The position numbers were made by a program, and so were the translations under genes. Shown piece by piece: positions 1 to 7,722 of a stretch of 13,993 nucleotides of DNA. Each line of letters begins with the position of its first letter. Positions within the stretch are counted from its first letter, which is position 1. The stretch lies in assembly GCA_049472335.1 (NCBI GenBank), contig JBLIRO010000107.1, forward strand, positions 1 through 13,993, in the 5' to 3' direction. Below the pieces are notes generated by a model, which was not told the origin of the DNA, ran no database searches, and was given only the letters and a program-made list of their open reading frames with translations. Source of the DNA: a bacterium. Lineage in GTDB: Bacteria > SZUA-182 > DTGQ01 > JAFGSM01.

Positions 1-3000
1 TCCGTATCCTGAAAGGAGACCGGATTTTGATACCAGATGTCGTAGGATTCATAACCATTATTTATAAATGTCTGGAATATATGATTTGCCTGGGTCTGCG
101 TGGCCGTCCAGAGGACGTTTTCCTGATCCGCACCGCCACCTGCCACCAGGATGAGATTTCCCTTCAATGGAAAATCAGTGTCAATCTTTAGTTTTAATAT
201 CCCGTATTCACCATTGGCCACATAGACATAGCTTCCTTCAATGGCGACATCCAGCGCTGTGTCAGGCACATCATAGTTCCAAACTATATGCGGGCTATTC
301 GGATCACCTATATCGATGACTTGCAATCCACCTTCCCAATCGGCGATATAGGCGTGCGACCCAGCCATATCTATACCCAAAGCGTAACCAGGGGTATCAC
401 ATATTCCAAGGAGGCTGGGATTAGTTTTGTCCTTGGCGCTTATGATTTGGAGACCGCCATGTCCATCGGCTATGTACACTAAATCACCTTTTATAACCAT
501 ATCTTCTATATAAACAGGGTCATCACATTCCCCCACTACCATCGGATTGTCTTTATCGCTAACATCGATGATCTGGAGAAGGCTTTTTCTCTCACTGCCT
601 TCCATATATGAGCTGGCCACATAGGCATAATTGCCCGATACGGCCACATATCTTCCCATTACTGTATTACAACTGCCCACAATATAAGGATTACTTTTGT
701 CTTCAACATCAATAACATGAAAATCCCCATCAGCCATATAGGCATAATCTCCATCGATTGCAATATCATCCGTGTATCCCGGCAATACACAACTCCCCGC
801 GAACACCGGCTTGTTATGATTAGTGATATCAATAATCTGTAAACCTCCATCCCAATCAGCCACATAGGCATAGTTGCCAGCTATGGCCACTACTTCCGCA
901 TACCCCGGAGTATCATACCTTCCCACAGTCACCGGTCCGTTCTTTTGAGAAATATCAATAATATGCAAGCCCCTTCCTGCGACAGATTCAGCTACATAAG
1001 CATAGTCACCCGTGACGGCCAAATTGAATGCATAATAGGGCTCGCAATCACTTTCCGCTATCTCTGGTCCGACTTTGTTCTGAATATCGACAATACGCAG
1101 ACCGCTATACCTAATAACAGAATCGCCGTTAGGATCAGTAAGCTGAATGCCTGAATCGGCAATATAGGCATAACTGCCTGCTATAGCCACCCCCTGTGCT
1201 GAGCCGGGTGTCCCGCAACTGCCTAAATGCACGGGCTCGGTTTTGTTTCCGATACTAAATATCCTTAAACCACCGTCCGAATCAGTAACGAAGGCATATT
1301 CACCCACTACGGAAACATCTGTAGCATGGCCATGAAAATTATAACTTCCGATAATCCAAGGATTGTTTTTATCCGTGATATCCATAACATAGAAACCGGC
1401 CCCCCAATAGGCAACATATGCATAATCTCCTGCTACATTTACTGCCACAGCGGAACCGGGAATCTTACAATTTCCTGCAGGCAGGGGATTCCCCTTGTCA
1501 GTGATATCTACAATCTGGAGGCCGTTCACTCCGTCGGCAATATAGGCATAATTCCCTTCTGCAACTACATCAAAAGCCGTTCCGGGAGTAAATAGGCTTC
1601 CGACAATCTCCGGGTTATTGGGATCATTAATACGGACTATCCTTAATCCATTGAATAAATCATTAATATCGAAACTTTTTTCATTTCCGACAGCAACATA
1701 TGCATAATCGCCTGCTATAAAGATCTGTCTGGAATAAAGTCCGGTGAAACAGATTCCCATTTTTTTCGGGGCAGATTTATCTGAAATATCAAGAATCTGG
1801 AATGTGCCTCCTCTCCCGGCCAAATAAGCTATATTATCCGCAACTGTTACGCCATAGGCGCCAAATTTTGTTTCAAGGCTTCCGGTCAGCTCGGGTTCAG
1901 TTCTGTCCGAGACATCTATGATTCGCAGGCCTCCTTCATCTTCAAAATAATGAGCGACATAGGCATAGTCTCCCTCTACTGCCACATCAACAGAATAAAA
2001 GGACGTATCACAGCTTCCTGTGACCTTTGGCCCAATTTTTGTTGATATATCTATGATCTGGAGACTTCCTGATATACCTGCAACAAAGGCATAATTATCC
2101 AGAATATCCACACCCGCTGAACCGCATGGAGTAATACATCCTCCTACTACCACCGGTCGTTCATTCTCGGAGATATCGATTATCTGTAGACCGCTTCTTT
2201 CATCTGCGAGATAGGCATAATTTCCGCTCAGAACCACACCAAGTGCCTTGCCCGGTGTATTACAGTTTCCAATGAGATCAGGCTGCAAATTATCATTGGG
2301 ATCAATGATCACAATGACCTGCAGGCCCTCTTCTTTATCAGCTATATAGGCATAGTTGCCTGATGTGACTATATGTTTAGCGTATCCGGGCGTATCTGAC
2401 ATTTCCGTAAGCTCCGGACCTTTCTTATTTGTGATATCAATAATTATCAGACCGGCATCACCATCTGCGATTAAAGCGTAATTACCAAAAAGAGAAACAC
2501 TCTCGGCGTTTCCGGGTGTATCGCAGCTTCCGATAATCTCGGGCCTGTTCTCGTTAGCTATATCTATGATCTGAAGGCCACCCTCTCCGTCTGCAATGCA
2601 GGCATATTCATCCCTGATGGCTATCCCCTTGGCAATGCCGGGTGTATCACATAGTGATACAAAATAGGGGACTTGAGGATTGTCGAAGTTGAAAATATAA
2701 AGACCTGTCTCCCCGCTGGCTATGTACGCGTAAACAGAAGAACCACTATCTGTGTCTTTGATCTTCAGATCATGACACTCACCAAGGGGAATAAATGATG
2801 CAACATCCTTATCATTAATATCGAAGATAACAAATCCCCTGGATGTTGCGCACCCGGCATACGTCACCCAGGTCATCACGTTCTGCCTTACTTCTTTCTG
2901 TTTCCATACCTTTATAGCATGAAAATCCCCATAGTCTTCCCACTGTCCGACCAATCCCAAATAAACCAAATCCTGATTTCCTATAGCATATTGCGGGAAG

Positions 3001-3089
3001 AAAGTGGAAGTTATAAAAAGAATGGTGCTCAGGGCAAAAAAGAAGAAAAGCGAAAATGACCTTTGCCGGACATCAAAATATATTTTCAT
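1..3089 (-). CDS. Secreted LVIVD-repeat (beta-propeller) protein, >1029 aa, truncated by the left window edge; a probable C13-family/clan CD peptidase domain starts near position 165
   Basis: Manual translation from ATG 3089: MKIYFDVRQRSFSLFFFFALSTILFITSTFFPQYAIG (signal-like), then about 21 repeats of ~42 aa such as GSCDTPGNAESVSLFGNYALIADGDAGLIIIDI and GNYAYVADWDGGLQIIDI. The frame was spot-checked along the gene and is absent from the ORF track, consistent with no stop before the edge. The last visible residues are GNLILVAGGGADQENVLWTATQTQANHIFQTFINNGYESYDIWYQNP. The start is 6 bp after the CHAT gene stop. Confidence 0.9.
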   Translation of the reverse strand, partial: MKIYFDVRQRSFSLFFFFALSTILFITSTFFPQYAIGNQDLVYLGLVGQWEDYGDFHAIKVWKQKEVRQNVMTWVTYAGCATSRGFVIFDINDKDVASFIPLGECHDLKIKDTDSGSSVYAYIASGETGLYIFNFDNPQVPYFVSLCDTPGIAKGIAIRDEYACIADGEGGLQIIDIANENRPEIIGSCDTPGNAESVSLFGNYALIADGDAGLIIIDITNKKGPELTEMSDTPGYAKHIVTSGNYAYIADKEEGLQVIVIIDPNDNLQPDLIGNCNTPGKALGVVLSGNYAYLADERSGLQIIDISENERPVVVGGCITPCGSAGVDILDNYAFVAGISGSLQIIDISTKIGPKVTGSCDTSFYSVDVAVEGDYAYVAHYFEDEGGLRIIDVSDRTEPELTGSLETKFGAYGVTVADNIAYLAGRGGTFQILDISDKSAPKKMGICFTGLYSRQIFIAGDYAYVAVGNEKSFDINDLFNGLRIVRINDPNNPEIVGSLFTPGTAFDVVAEGNYAYIADGVNGLQIVDITDKGNPLPAGNCKIPGSAVAVNVAGDYAYVAYWGAGFYVMDITDKNNPWIIGSYNFHGHATDVSVVGEYAFVTDSDGGLRIFSIGNKTEPVHLGSCGTPGSAQGVAIAGSYAYIADSGIQLTDPNGDSVIRYSGLRIVDIQNKVGPEIAESDCEPYYAFNLAVTGDYAYVAESVAGRGLHIIDISQKNGPVTVGRYDTPGYAEVVAIAGNYAYVADWDGGLQIIDITNHNKPVFAGSCVLPGYTDDIAIDGDYAYMADGDFHVIDVEDKSNPYIVGSCNTVMGRYVAVSGNYAYVASSYMEGSERKSLLQIIDVSDKDNPMVVGECDDPVYIEDMVIKGDLVYIADGHGGLQIISAKDKTNPSLLGICDTPGYALGIDMAGSHAYIADWEGGLQVIDIGDPNSPHIVWNYDVPDTALDVAIEGSYVYVANGEYGILKLKIDTDFPLKGNLILVAGGGADQENVLWTATQTQANHIFQTFINNGYESYDIWYQNPVSFQDT

Positions 3090-3095
3090 TCAAAA

Positions 3096-5276
3096 TCACC
3101 GAGTGGTGAACTCAACCCTTAATCCTTCAACAAATTCCTTGCCTTCAATGGCTTCACAGACGGCCTTTGTCGGATCTACCGTGTCATTGATGGCTATGAT
3201 CTTTCCGATGCATCTGCCTTTTACAACCTCATTACCTGAATCGAAAACATCAAATACATCCCCTTTCCTGACGCCAACCTTTGAACCTATATTCAGGATA
3301 ACGAGGTTCTCCTTAACCATTGCAATTCTCCCTCTCAGGGGTCGTTTGGCATATATGGCTTCCTTTGCCTGCATATAGATAAATTCCGCCAGATCTTCAG
3401 TATTTTCCTTTTTCGACAGGCTAATTCCGGAATCAATCTTATCGATTTCCCCTGAATCAGCATCCACCACCTTGTAGCAAAGGGAAAGTCCCTCCGGGGA
3501 TCTATACCCCTTAAGAAAAACCATAACACCGGCATAAAGGAATTTACCGAAAATGTCCTTTTGGTCATTAAAGGAAAAATCAGAGAGCTCAAGGTCCTTT
3601 TCTTCCAGAAGCTTATCCAGTTCATCCCTTTCTGCCACCCTGACCCAGGCATCTTCAACAAAACGCCGGGTTAATCTTTTATCGATGTCTTTTATTATCC
3701 TATTTACCCAATCAGGAAGGGGCTCTTGCTCCTCATCAAAAACATCAAAAATTGCCATTACCAGAGGTTTGGATGTCCATCTATCCTCGGAAAGTGCCGG
3801 TGTTTTAGAAGAAACTGGCTTTTCCTCCCTCACCTTCAACTTTTCGTAAATCATCTTTTTCAGTTCTTCGATCCTCTTTGTTTTGTCATCAGAGGTTAAT
3901 TGATCTTTTTCCTCCTGAACAGAAACATTTCCTAAGTACAATCTGGGAACGTTAATCAACAGGGTTGCAAAAATCAAAAGGAGAAGCAAGACAATGACTG
4001 TTCCGATCCATCTGTCCTTTTGCGGCAAAGAGAATGAAGAACGCCTCACTGCCGGGATTGCCGGCTCGTTTTCAGGATTAAGACTTTTCGATGAGACATT
4101 TGCCTTATCCGTTCCGCTTGTTTTTTCTTGATTAAAATCCTGCCTGGAGATGTTTTTCCCCCTGGGTATAACCAGGTAATCACCAGGGTGGCCATAAAGC
4201 ACATAGTTGATCCAGGAAAAACTTTCTTTTCCGAATTTTTCCTGAAAGGATACCCTTGCCTTTCTCAGTGATTCTCCTATAGTATTGCCGTCAATAAGAT
4301 GATGATAAAACTCTATACCCATATGGGCGCCATATTCATCGGACACATCACAAAAGGTGCCTATATAATATTGCACGCCGGATATAAGGAAGGCGTGGAC
4401 AAGTCCGTAGCTATTGTGAATCCTGTCAACCTTGTCATTGTCCTTTTCCTTTAGCCACTTTTCCGTATACCCGGATTGGCAGGCATTACCAAATACAAGC
4501 CTCGGCATGGCCTTTTTCCCTCCGGCCATTTTCATGATATCCGAAGCATTCAATTTTCCGTCTGACAGCATCCACCCGCTAAGACTCGGTTTACCGGGAT
4601 CATATTCGGCATGACCTGCATAATGCACAAGGTCATAGTCCCATATATTTTTCTTCACAAAGTCCAGATCAACCTGGTCGGAAGATTGGAGTATGATCTT
4701 AACCATATCCTCTCTTCTCTGAAATTCTTCATAAATACTGATCCCCTCCTTCCAGGCTACATCCAGGTCCTCAGTAGGATCGGCTATTATGAGCATGCTT
4801 AATTGGGATTTTGGCTGTTTTGCATGTGAAGGATGGACAATCTCGTTCCCTCTGGTTCTTACCTGTCTTCCCATACTAAATTGTTCACACAAAAACCTTT
4901 GACCATCAAAAAGCAATTCCCAGGGGATATGAACCAATTGCTCGTCTACGATAAGCTCCAGGTTTTTAAGCGGAGTATTTTGAAGCCGTACCTTTATCTC
5001 CTGACTGAGCAACTCGTTGAAAAGCAGTTGACAGGACTTTTGAAGTTCGATCAAAAAGTGTTGATTGGGATTCTTAAGGATATTTATCTTATTCAGATAA
5101 TAAATGATTTCCCGAACAGACCCATCGACCTTTTCGATGGCTATCTCATTTTCCTGATAGAATGCGATCGGTCCCTGCCCATGGGATTCCGATAAGGAAA
5201 GCCTTATCTTTCCATTCTCGAGGTAAGCAAGTTCAAGGATGTTTTTTTTATCTTGCTCTGATTTTAAGGTGTTCAT
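3096..5276 (-). CDS. CHAT-domain (caspase/separase-like) protease with one TM helix and C-terminal CsgG-like and FlgT-C-like domains, 726 aa
   Basis: CHAT motifs LVHIPWELLFDG, LIIADPTEDL, LVHYAGHA (His222), VFGNACQSG (Cys266), GLVHAFLISGV and WINYVLYG. TM segment WIGTVIVLLLLLIFATLLINV (~aa 423-443). RVAERDELDKLLEEKDL resembles CsgG-type domains; VILNIGSKVGVRKGDVFDVF resembles the FlgT C-terminal domain. Confidence 0.9.
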   Translation of the reverse strand: MNTLKSEQDKKNILELAYLENGKIRLSLSESHGQGPIAFYQENEIAIEKVDGSVREIIYYLNKINILKNPNQHFLIELQKSCQLLFNELLSQEIKVRLQNTPLKNLELIVDEQLVHIPWELLFDGQRFLCEQFSMGRQVRTRGNEIVHPSHAKQPKSQLSMLIIADPTEDLDVAWKEGISIYEEFQRREDMVKIILQSSDQVDLDFVKKNIWDYDLVHYAGHAEYDPGKPSLSGWMLSDGKLNASDIMKMAGGKKAMPRLVFGNACQSGYTEKWLKEKDNDKVDRIHNSYGLVHAFLISGVQYYIGTFCDVSDEYGAHMGIEFYHHLIDGNTIGESLRKARVSFQEKFGKESFSWINYVLYGHPGDYLVIPRGKNISRQDFNQEKTSGTDKANVSSKSLNPENEPAIPAVRRSSFSLPQKDRWIGTVIVLLLLLIFATLLINVPRLYLGNVSVQEEKDQLTSDDKTKRIEELKKMIYEKLKVREEKPVSSKTPALSEDRWTSKPLVMAIFDVFDEEQEPLPDWVNRIIKDIDKRLTRRFVEDAWVRVAERDELDKLLEEKDLELSDFSFNDQKDIFGKFLYAGVMVFLKGYRSPEGLSLCYKVVDADSGEIDKIDSGISLSKKENTEDLAEFIYMQAKEAIYAKRPLRGRIAMVKENLVILNIGSKVGVRKGDVFDVFDSGNEVVKGRCIGKIIAINDTVDPTKAVCEAIEGKEFVEGLRVEFTTR

Positions 5277-6052
5277 TTCTCGCCCTTATCAATGAAGAGC
5301 TCGACCATACCAAGGGATTTTTCTCCGGCGAGTAGCTCAAGTGAGTATTCACCCTCCCTGATCCGGGTAAACATCGCTTCACCCTTATAATCTAGGTAGA
5401 GCGAGGAACAAACCCTGTCAGATTTATAGAGGATTGCCCTTATATTGCTCAGCTTACAAGGAAAGTTATCAGTCTTTGCCTGAAAGGATGTCTTTAGGAT
5501 CAGATACCCATTCTTACCGGAGCGGTCTATCTCTAAAACAATGGTTCCCTCATTGATTTCTATCCTTCTGTTATATAGATAGGTGCTGGGTGCTTCTTTG
5601 ACTTTGAGGTCATCGTGCCCGTTTCTCACCGGCTGTAATTCCGGCATCGGTCCAATAAACATCTCCCCTAAAGCAGGCTTTAGCTGAGTAATTTTGTTGC
5701 GAATTTGATCCCAAAGGAGGGTTACTTTCAGGATTACAGGTCTGTCCTTTGGCCTCAAACCTGGCTCCGCTAAAGCATTCCGGAGTATTTCCCCGGCCTT
5801 TTTATGAAGGTGCTCCGGCACTTTTTGGGGAGAGCTTTCAGTCTGTTGAATCATTCTTATGCTCTTAAGCGTTTCCAAACATTCAGAGCAGGCCAGGAGA
5901 TGTCCGTCAACTTCCTCTCTTTCCTTTTTTTTGAGAACTCCTCTGGCATAATCCCATAAAAGCGATTCTTCAGGACAACCCTTAAGGAAGGGGATGATCT
6001 GCCTTTTTATCTTTCTGTAATTCTTTATGAGGATCTCATCAAATTTATTCAT
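5273..6052 (-). CDS. Soluble zf-HC2 (ZAS) anti-sigma factor-like protein with a beta-rich C-terminal domain, about 259 aa
   Basis: CPEESLLWDYARGVLKKKEREEVDGHLLACSECLE contains HxxxCxxC. No TM segment. ATG 6052 follows GAGGAGAAAGGA and is preferred over TTG 6067. The stop overlaps the CHAT start (ATGA, 5273-5276). Confidence 0.85.
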   Translation of the reverse strand: MNKFDEILIKNYRKIKRQIIPFLKGCPEESLLWDYARGVLKKKEREEVDGHLLACSECLETLKSIRMIQQTESSPQKVPEHLHKKAGEILRNALAEPGLRPKDRPVILKVTLLWDQIRNKITQLKPALGEMFIGPMPELQPVRNGHDDLKVKEAPSTYLYNRRIEINEGTIVLEIDRSGKNGYLILKTSFQAKTDNFPCKLSNIRAILYKSDRVCSSLYLDYKGEAMFTRIREGEYSLELLAGEKSLGMVELFIDKGEK

Positions 6053-6145
6053 ATCCTTTCTCCTCAATCCATTGGTAAATTTAAAAATTTAACAAATTTT
6101 TTATCATCTTAATCTTCATTATAACCAATCGGTTCCTTTTCTACA

Positions 6146-6180
6146 TTAATAGACGAAAAAAACTTTATAATTTCCCCACC
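6146..6180 (-). promoter_or_regulatory. Putative ECF-sigma promoter, copy 1 (GGTGGGGAAA-N15-CGTCTATTAA), upstream of the anti-sigma/CHAT/LVIVD genes
   Basis: Matches copy 2 at 19 of 20 box positions with identical 15-nt spacing. GGAA..CGTC resembles ECF -35/-10 elements. Confidence 0.7.
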
Positions 6181-6746
6181 CCTCTTTTTTTTAATTCATC
6201 TTTTAGAATATTCTTTACCTTTTCATTATTCTTATAAACGGTTTTAACCTTTATTTGAAGGAGATCCGCGATCTCTTTGGCAGTCATCTCTTCATCAGTA
6301 AAAAGATCAAAGATCAATTTTTCTCTATTCGATAACTGGGAAAATGTCTCTTCAAATGCGTCCTGAATTAGTTCGCTATCAAAGATATCCTCTCTAGGTG
6401 AAATCTCGGCAAAAATAGTTTCTCTTTTTTCCTCCGTCAACTCGTCAATATTGCCTGTCGACATCCTTATATCCTTTTTTCTATACTTGTCACAAATGAA
6501 ATTTCTAAGGACCTTTCCGATATATGTAATAGGCTGGCATTCTTTCCGGTAACAACGAAGCCTCCTGAAATTATCCTCTGCAATGTGAATAAAAAAATCA
6601 TGAAAAAGGTCTTCTGCTTCGAATTTAGGATTTTCTCTCGTTCTCTCAAAAATTACCTTATAAATCAAGGATTCGTACCGTTCTAAAAAATCATCTGGTG
6701 ATATCCCAAATTCTGATGGAAATTTTGAGTCTAAGCAATTATTCAT
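6165..6746 (-). CDS. ECF (sigma-70 family, group 4) RNA polymerase sigma factor, 193 aa
   Basis: Region 2: EAEDLFHDFFIHI...LRNFICDKYRKK. Region 4 HTH: LSNREKLIFDLFTDEEMTAKEIADLLQIKVKTVYK. GGAG SD upstream. Confidence 0.92.
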   Translation of the reverse strand: MNNCLDSKFPSEFGISPDDFLERYESLIYKVIFERTRENPKFEAEDLFHDFFIHIAEDNFRRLRCYRKECQPITYIGKVLRNFICDKYRKKDIRMSTGNIDELTEEKRETIFAEISPREDIFDSELIQDAFEETFSQLSNREKLIFDLFTDEEMTAKEIADLLQIKVKTVYKNNEKVKNILKDELKKRGVGKL

Positions 6747-6837
6747 ATGCTTTCTCCGGATTCTATTTTGGTCGAGCCCTTATATAGAGGGCAAGCATAC
6801 TTTATCTGGCAGGAATAACCGCCAAATTCAAATTTTT

Positions 6838-6970
6838 CTCAAGATCCCTGTGGTAACTTGTGAAAAATTGCAAATTGCAAAATGCAAATTTTAAAATGCA
6901 AAATAATGTATTCCTTAAATTTTCATTTTGCAATTTGCATTACCTGCTCCAAAACCACACGGTTTTTGAG
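6838..6970. repeat. Nested inverted repeat built on AAAWTGC heptamer tandem repeats
   Basis: Heptamers at 6865-6904. Inner arms 6867-6891 and 6917-6941 match 23/25. Outer arms 6838-6854 and 6954-6970 match 14/17. Confidence 0.75.
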
Positions 6971-7075
6971 TAGGTACCTTTTTTAGCGATTAAATTCTTG
7001 TTTTATAAAATTATTATTCCTCTATTTAAATTTAACTACTTTAACGGATAAATATCAAGAGGGAATTATCAAAAC

Positions 7076-7110
7076 GGCGGGGAAAATAAACTTTTAATTG
7101 CGTCTATTAA
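7076..7110 (+). promoter_or_regulatory. Putative ECF-sigma promoter, copy 2 (GGCGGGGAAA-N15-CGTCTATTAA)
   Basis: Same boxes and spacing as 6146-6180; about 45 nt upstream of a strong SD. Confidence 0.7.
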
Positions 7111-7169
7111 AATGAAAGCAAAAAAGCAATTATAAAAACATATTCCTTAATTTGAAAGGAGGGATTGAG

Positions 7170-7349
7170 ATGTTGAGCAATTTTTTACAGGACTGGTTGA
7201 TTAACAAATTAAATGGCTATTTTATTATCCTTTATGCCACGGATCACTTCATGCTGGCTTGGATGACCGAGCGCATGAACAATGTTTTAGTTTTCTGTCT
7301 CGTATTCATACGTCTTATCCCTCCCCGCCGCAGATTGACCTTAATATAA
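7170..7349 (+). CDS. Small hypothetical protein (59 aa) or gene remnant
   Basis: SD AAAGGAGG at 7155-7162, ATG 7170; downstream of ECF motif copy 2; no recognisable domain. Confidence 0.4.
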   Translation: MLSNFLQDWLINKLNGYFIILYATDHFMLAWMTERMNNVLVFCLVFIRLIPPRRRLTLI

Positions 7350-7423
7350 AAAAGGCATTTTTAGTCGTGGGACACACTTTGGTGAATGAACATAAGACAT
7401 ATTATTAAATTACGACAAATATA

Positions 7424-7550
7424 TAAAGTGATCCGGAGTCTGCCTACCCCCCCCAAAGCCTGATCAAAGATCAGGTTAAAGCAGGCTCAACCCGGCCCTA
7501 ACCCAGGAGCATAAAGGTTTTACTCAACGGTTAGGGCCAGGATCACTTTA
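7424..7550. ncRNA. Candidate structured RNA (three-way junction), family unknown
   Basis: Closing stem 7424-7434/7540-7550 (11 bp). Stem 7436-7443/7481-7488 is capped by hairpin 7459-7465/7469-7475. Stem 7494-7503/7529-7538 (10 bp). It is a GC-rich island in AT-rich DNA. Confidence 0.5.
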
Positions 7551-7590
7551 ATGATTTCTTTTCAATAAAATTTTCCAGCAAATTATCATG

Positions 7591-7624
7591 GTTTAGCAAC
7601 TTTTATTATCAAAGGTTGCTAAAC
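7591..7624. promoter_or_regulatory. Palindrome, putative upstream activator site for a sigma54 enhancer-binding protein
   Basis: GTTTAGCAAC-N14-GTTGCTAAAC with perfect 10-bp arms, about 110-140 bp upstream of the predicted sigma54 start site. Confidence 0.5.
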
Positions 7625-7665
7625 ATATTGGCACTATTTCTGAAAAATTTTATTTCAATTGTTTT

Positions 7666-7678
7666 TAACTATCTGAAT
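7666..7678 (-). promoter_or_regulatory. IHF-like binding site
   Basis: Minus strand reads ATTCAGATAGTTA, one mismatch from WATCARNNNNTTR; it lies between the palindrome and the sigma54 promoter. Confidence 0.35.
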
Positions 7679-7705
7679 TTATGAGTATTTAAAACTTCCT
7701 ACATA

Positions 7706-7722
7706 CTGGCACCTCTATTGCT
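7706..7722 (+). promoter_or_regulatory. Sigma54 (RpoN) -24/-12 promoter
   Basis: CTGGCAC-CTCTA-TTGCT matches the YTGGCAC-N5-TTGCW consensus with correct spacing. Confidence 0.75.

Noticed and set aside
288..1595. Short ORFs 288-482, 659-871, 945-1154 and 1326-1595
   Set aside because: Antisense or off-frame shadows of the LVIVD gene; their mutual similarity reflects its repeats.
200..2900. Recurring GGCATA motifs at about 126-bp spacing as a CRISPR array or DNA repeat
   Set aside because: They are the YAY codons of protein repeats; there is no fixed-length nucleotide repeat with spacers.
3004..5195. ORFs 3004-3378, 3335-3661, 3553-3849, 4432-4614, 4611-4802 and 4833-5195
   Set aside because: They overlap the well-supported CHAT gene and have no recognisable motifs.
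3096..6746. Type III-E CRISPR (Craspase) accessory locus
   Set aside because: No cas genes or array in the window, and the protease is membrane-anchored without TPRs; only the logic is analogous.
6146..7110. The two motif copies as recombination sites of an invertible segment
   Set aside because: Only the two boxes are conserved, the central 15 bp differ and no recombinase is nearby; this fits a promoter better.
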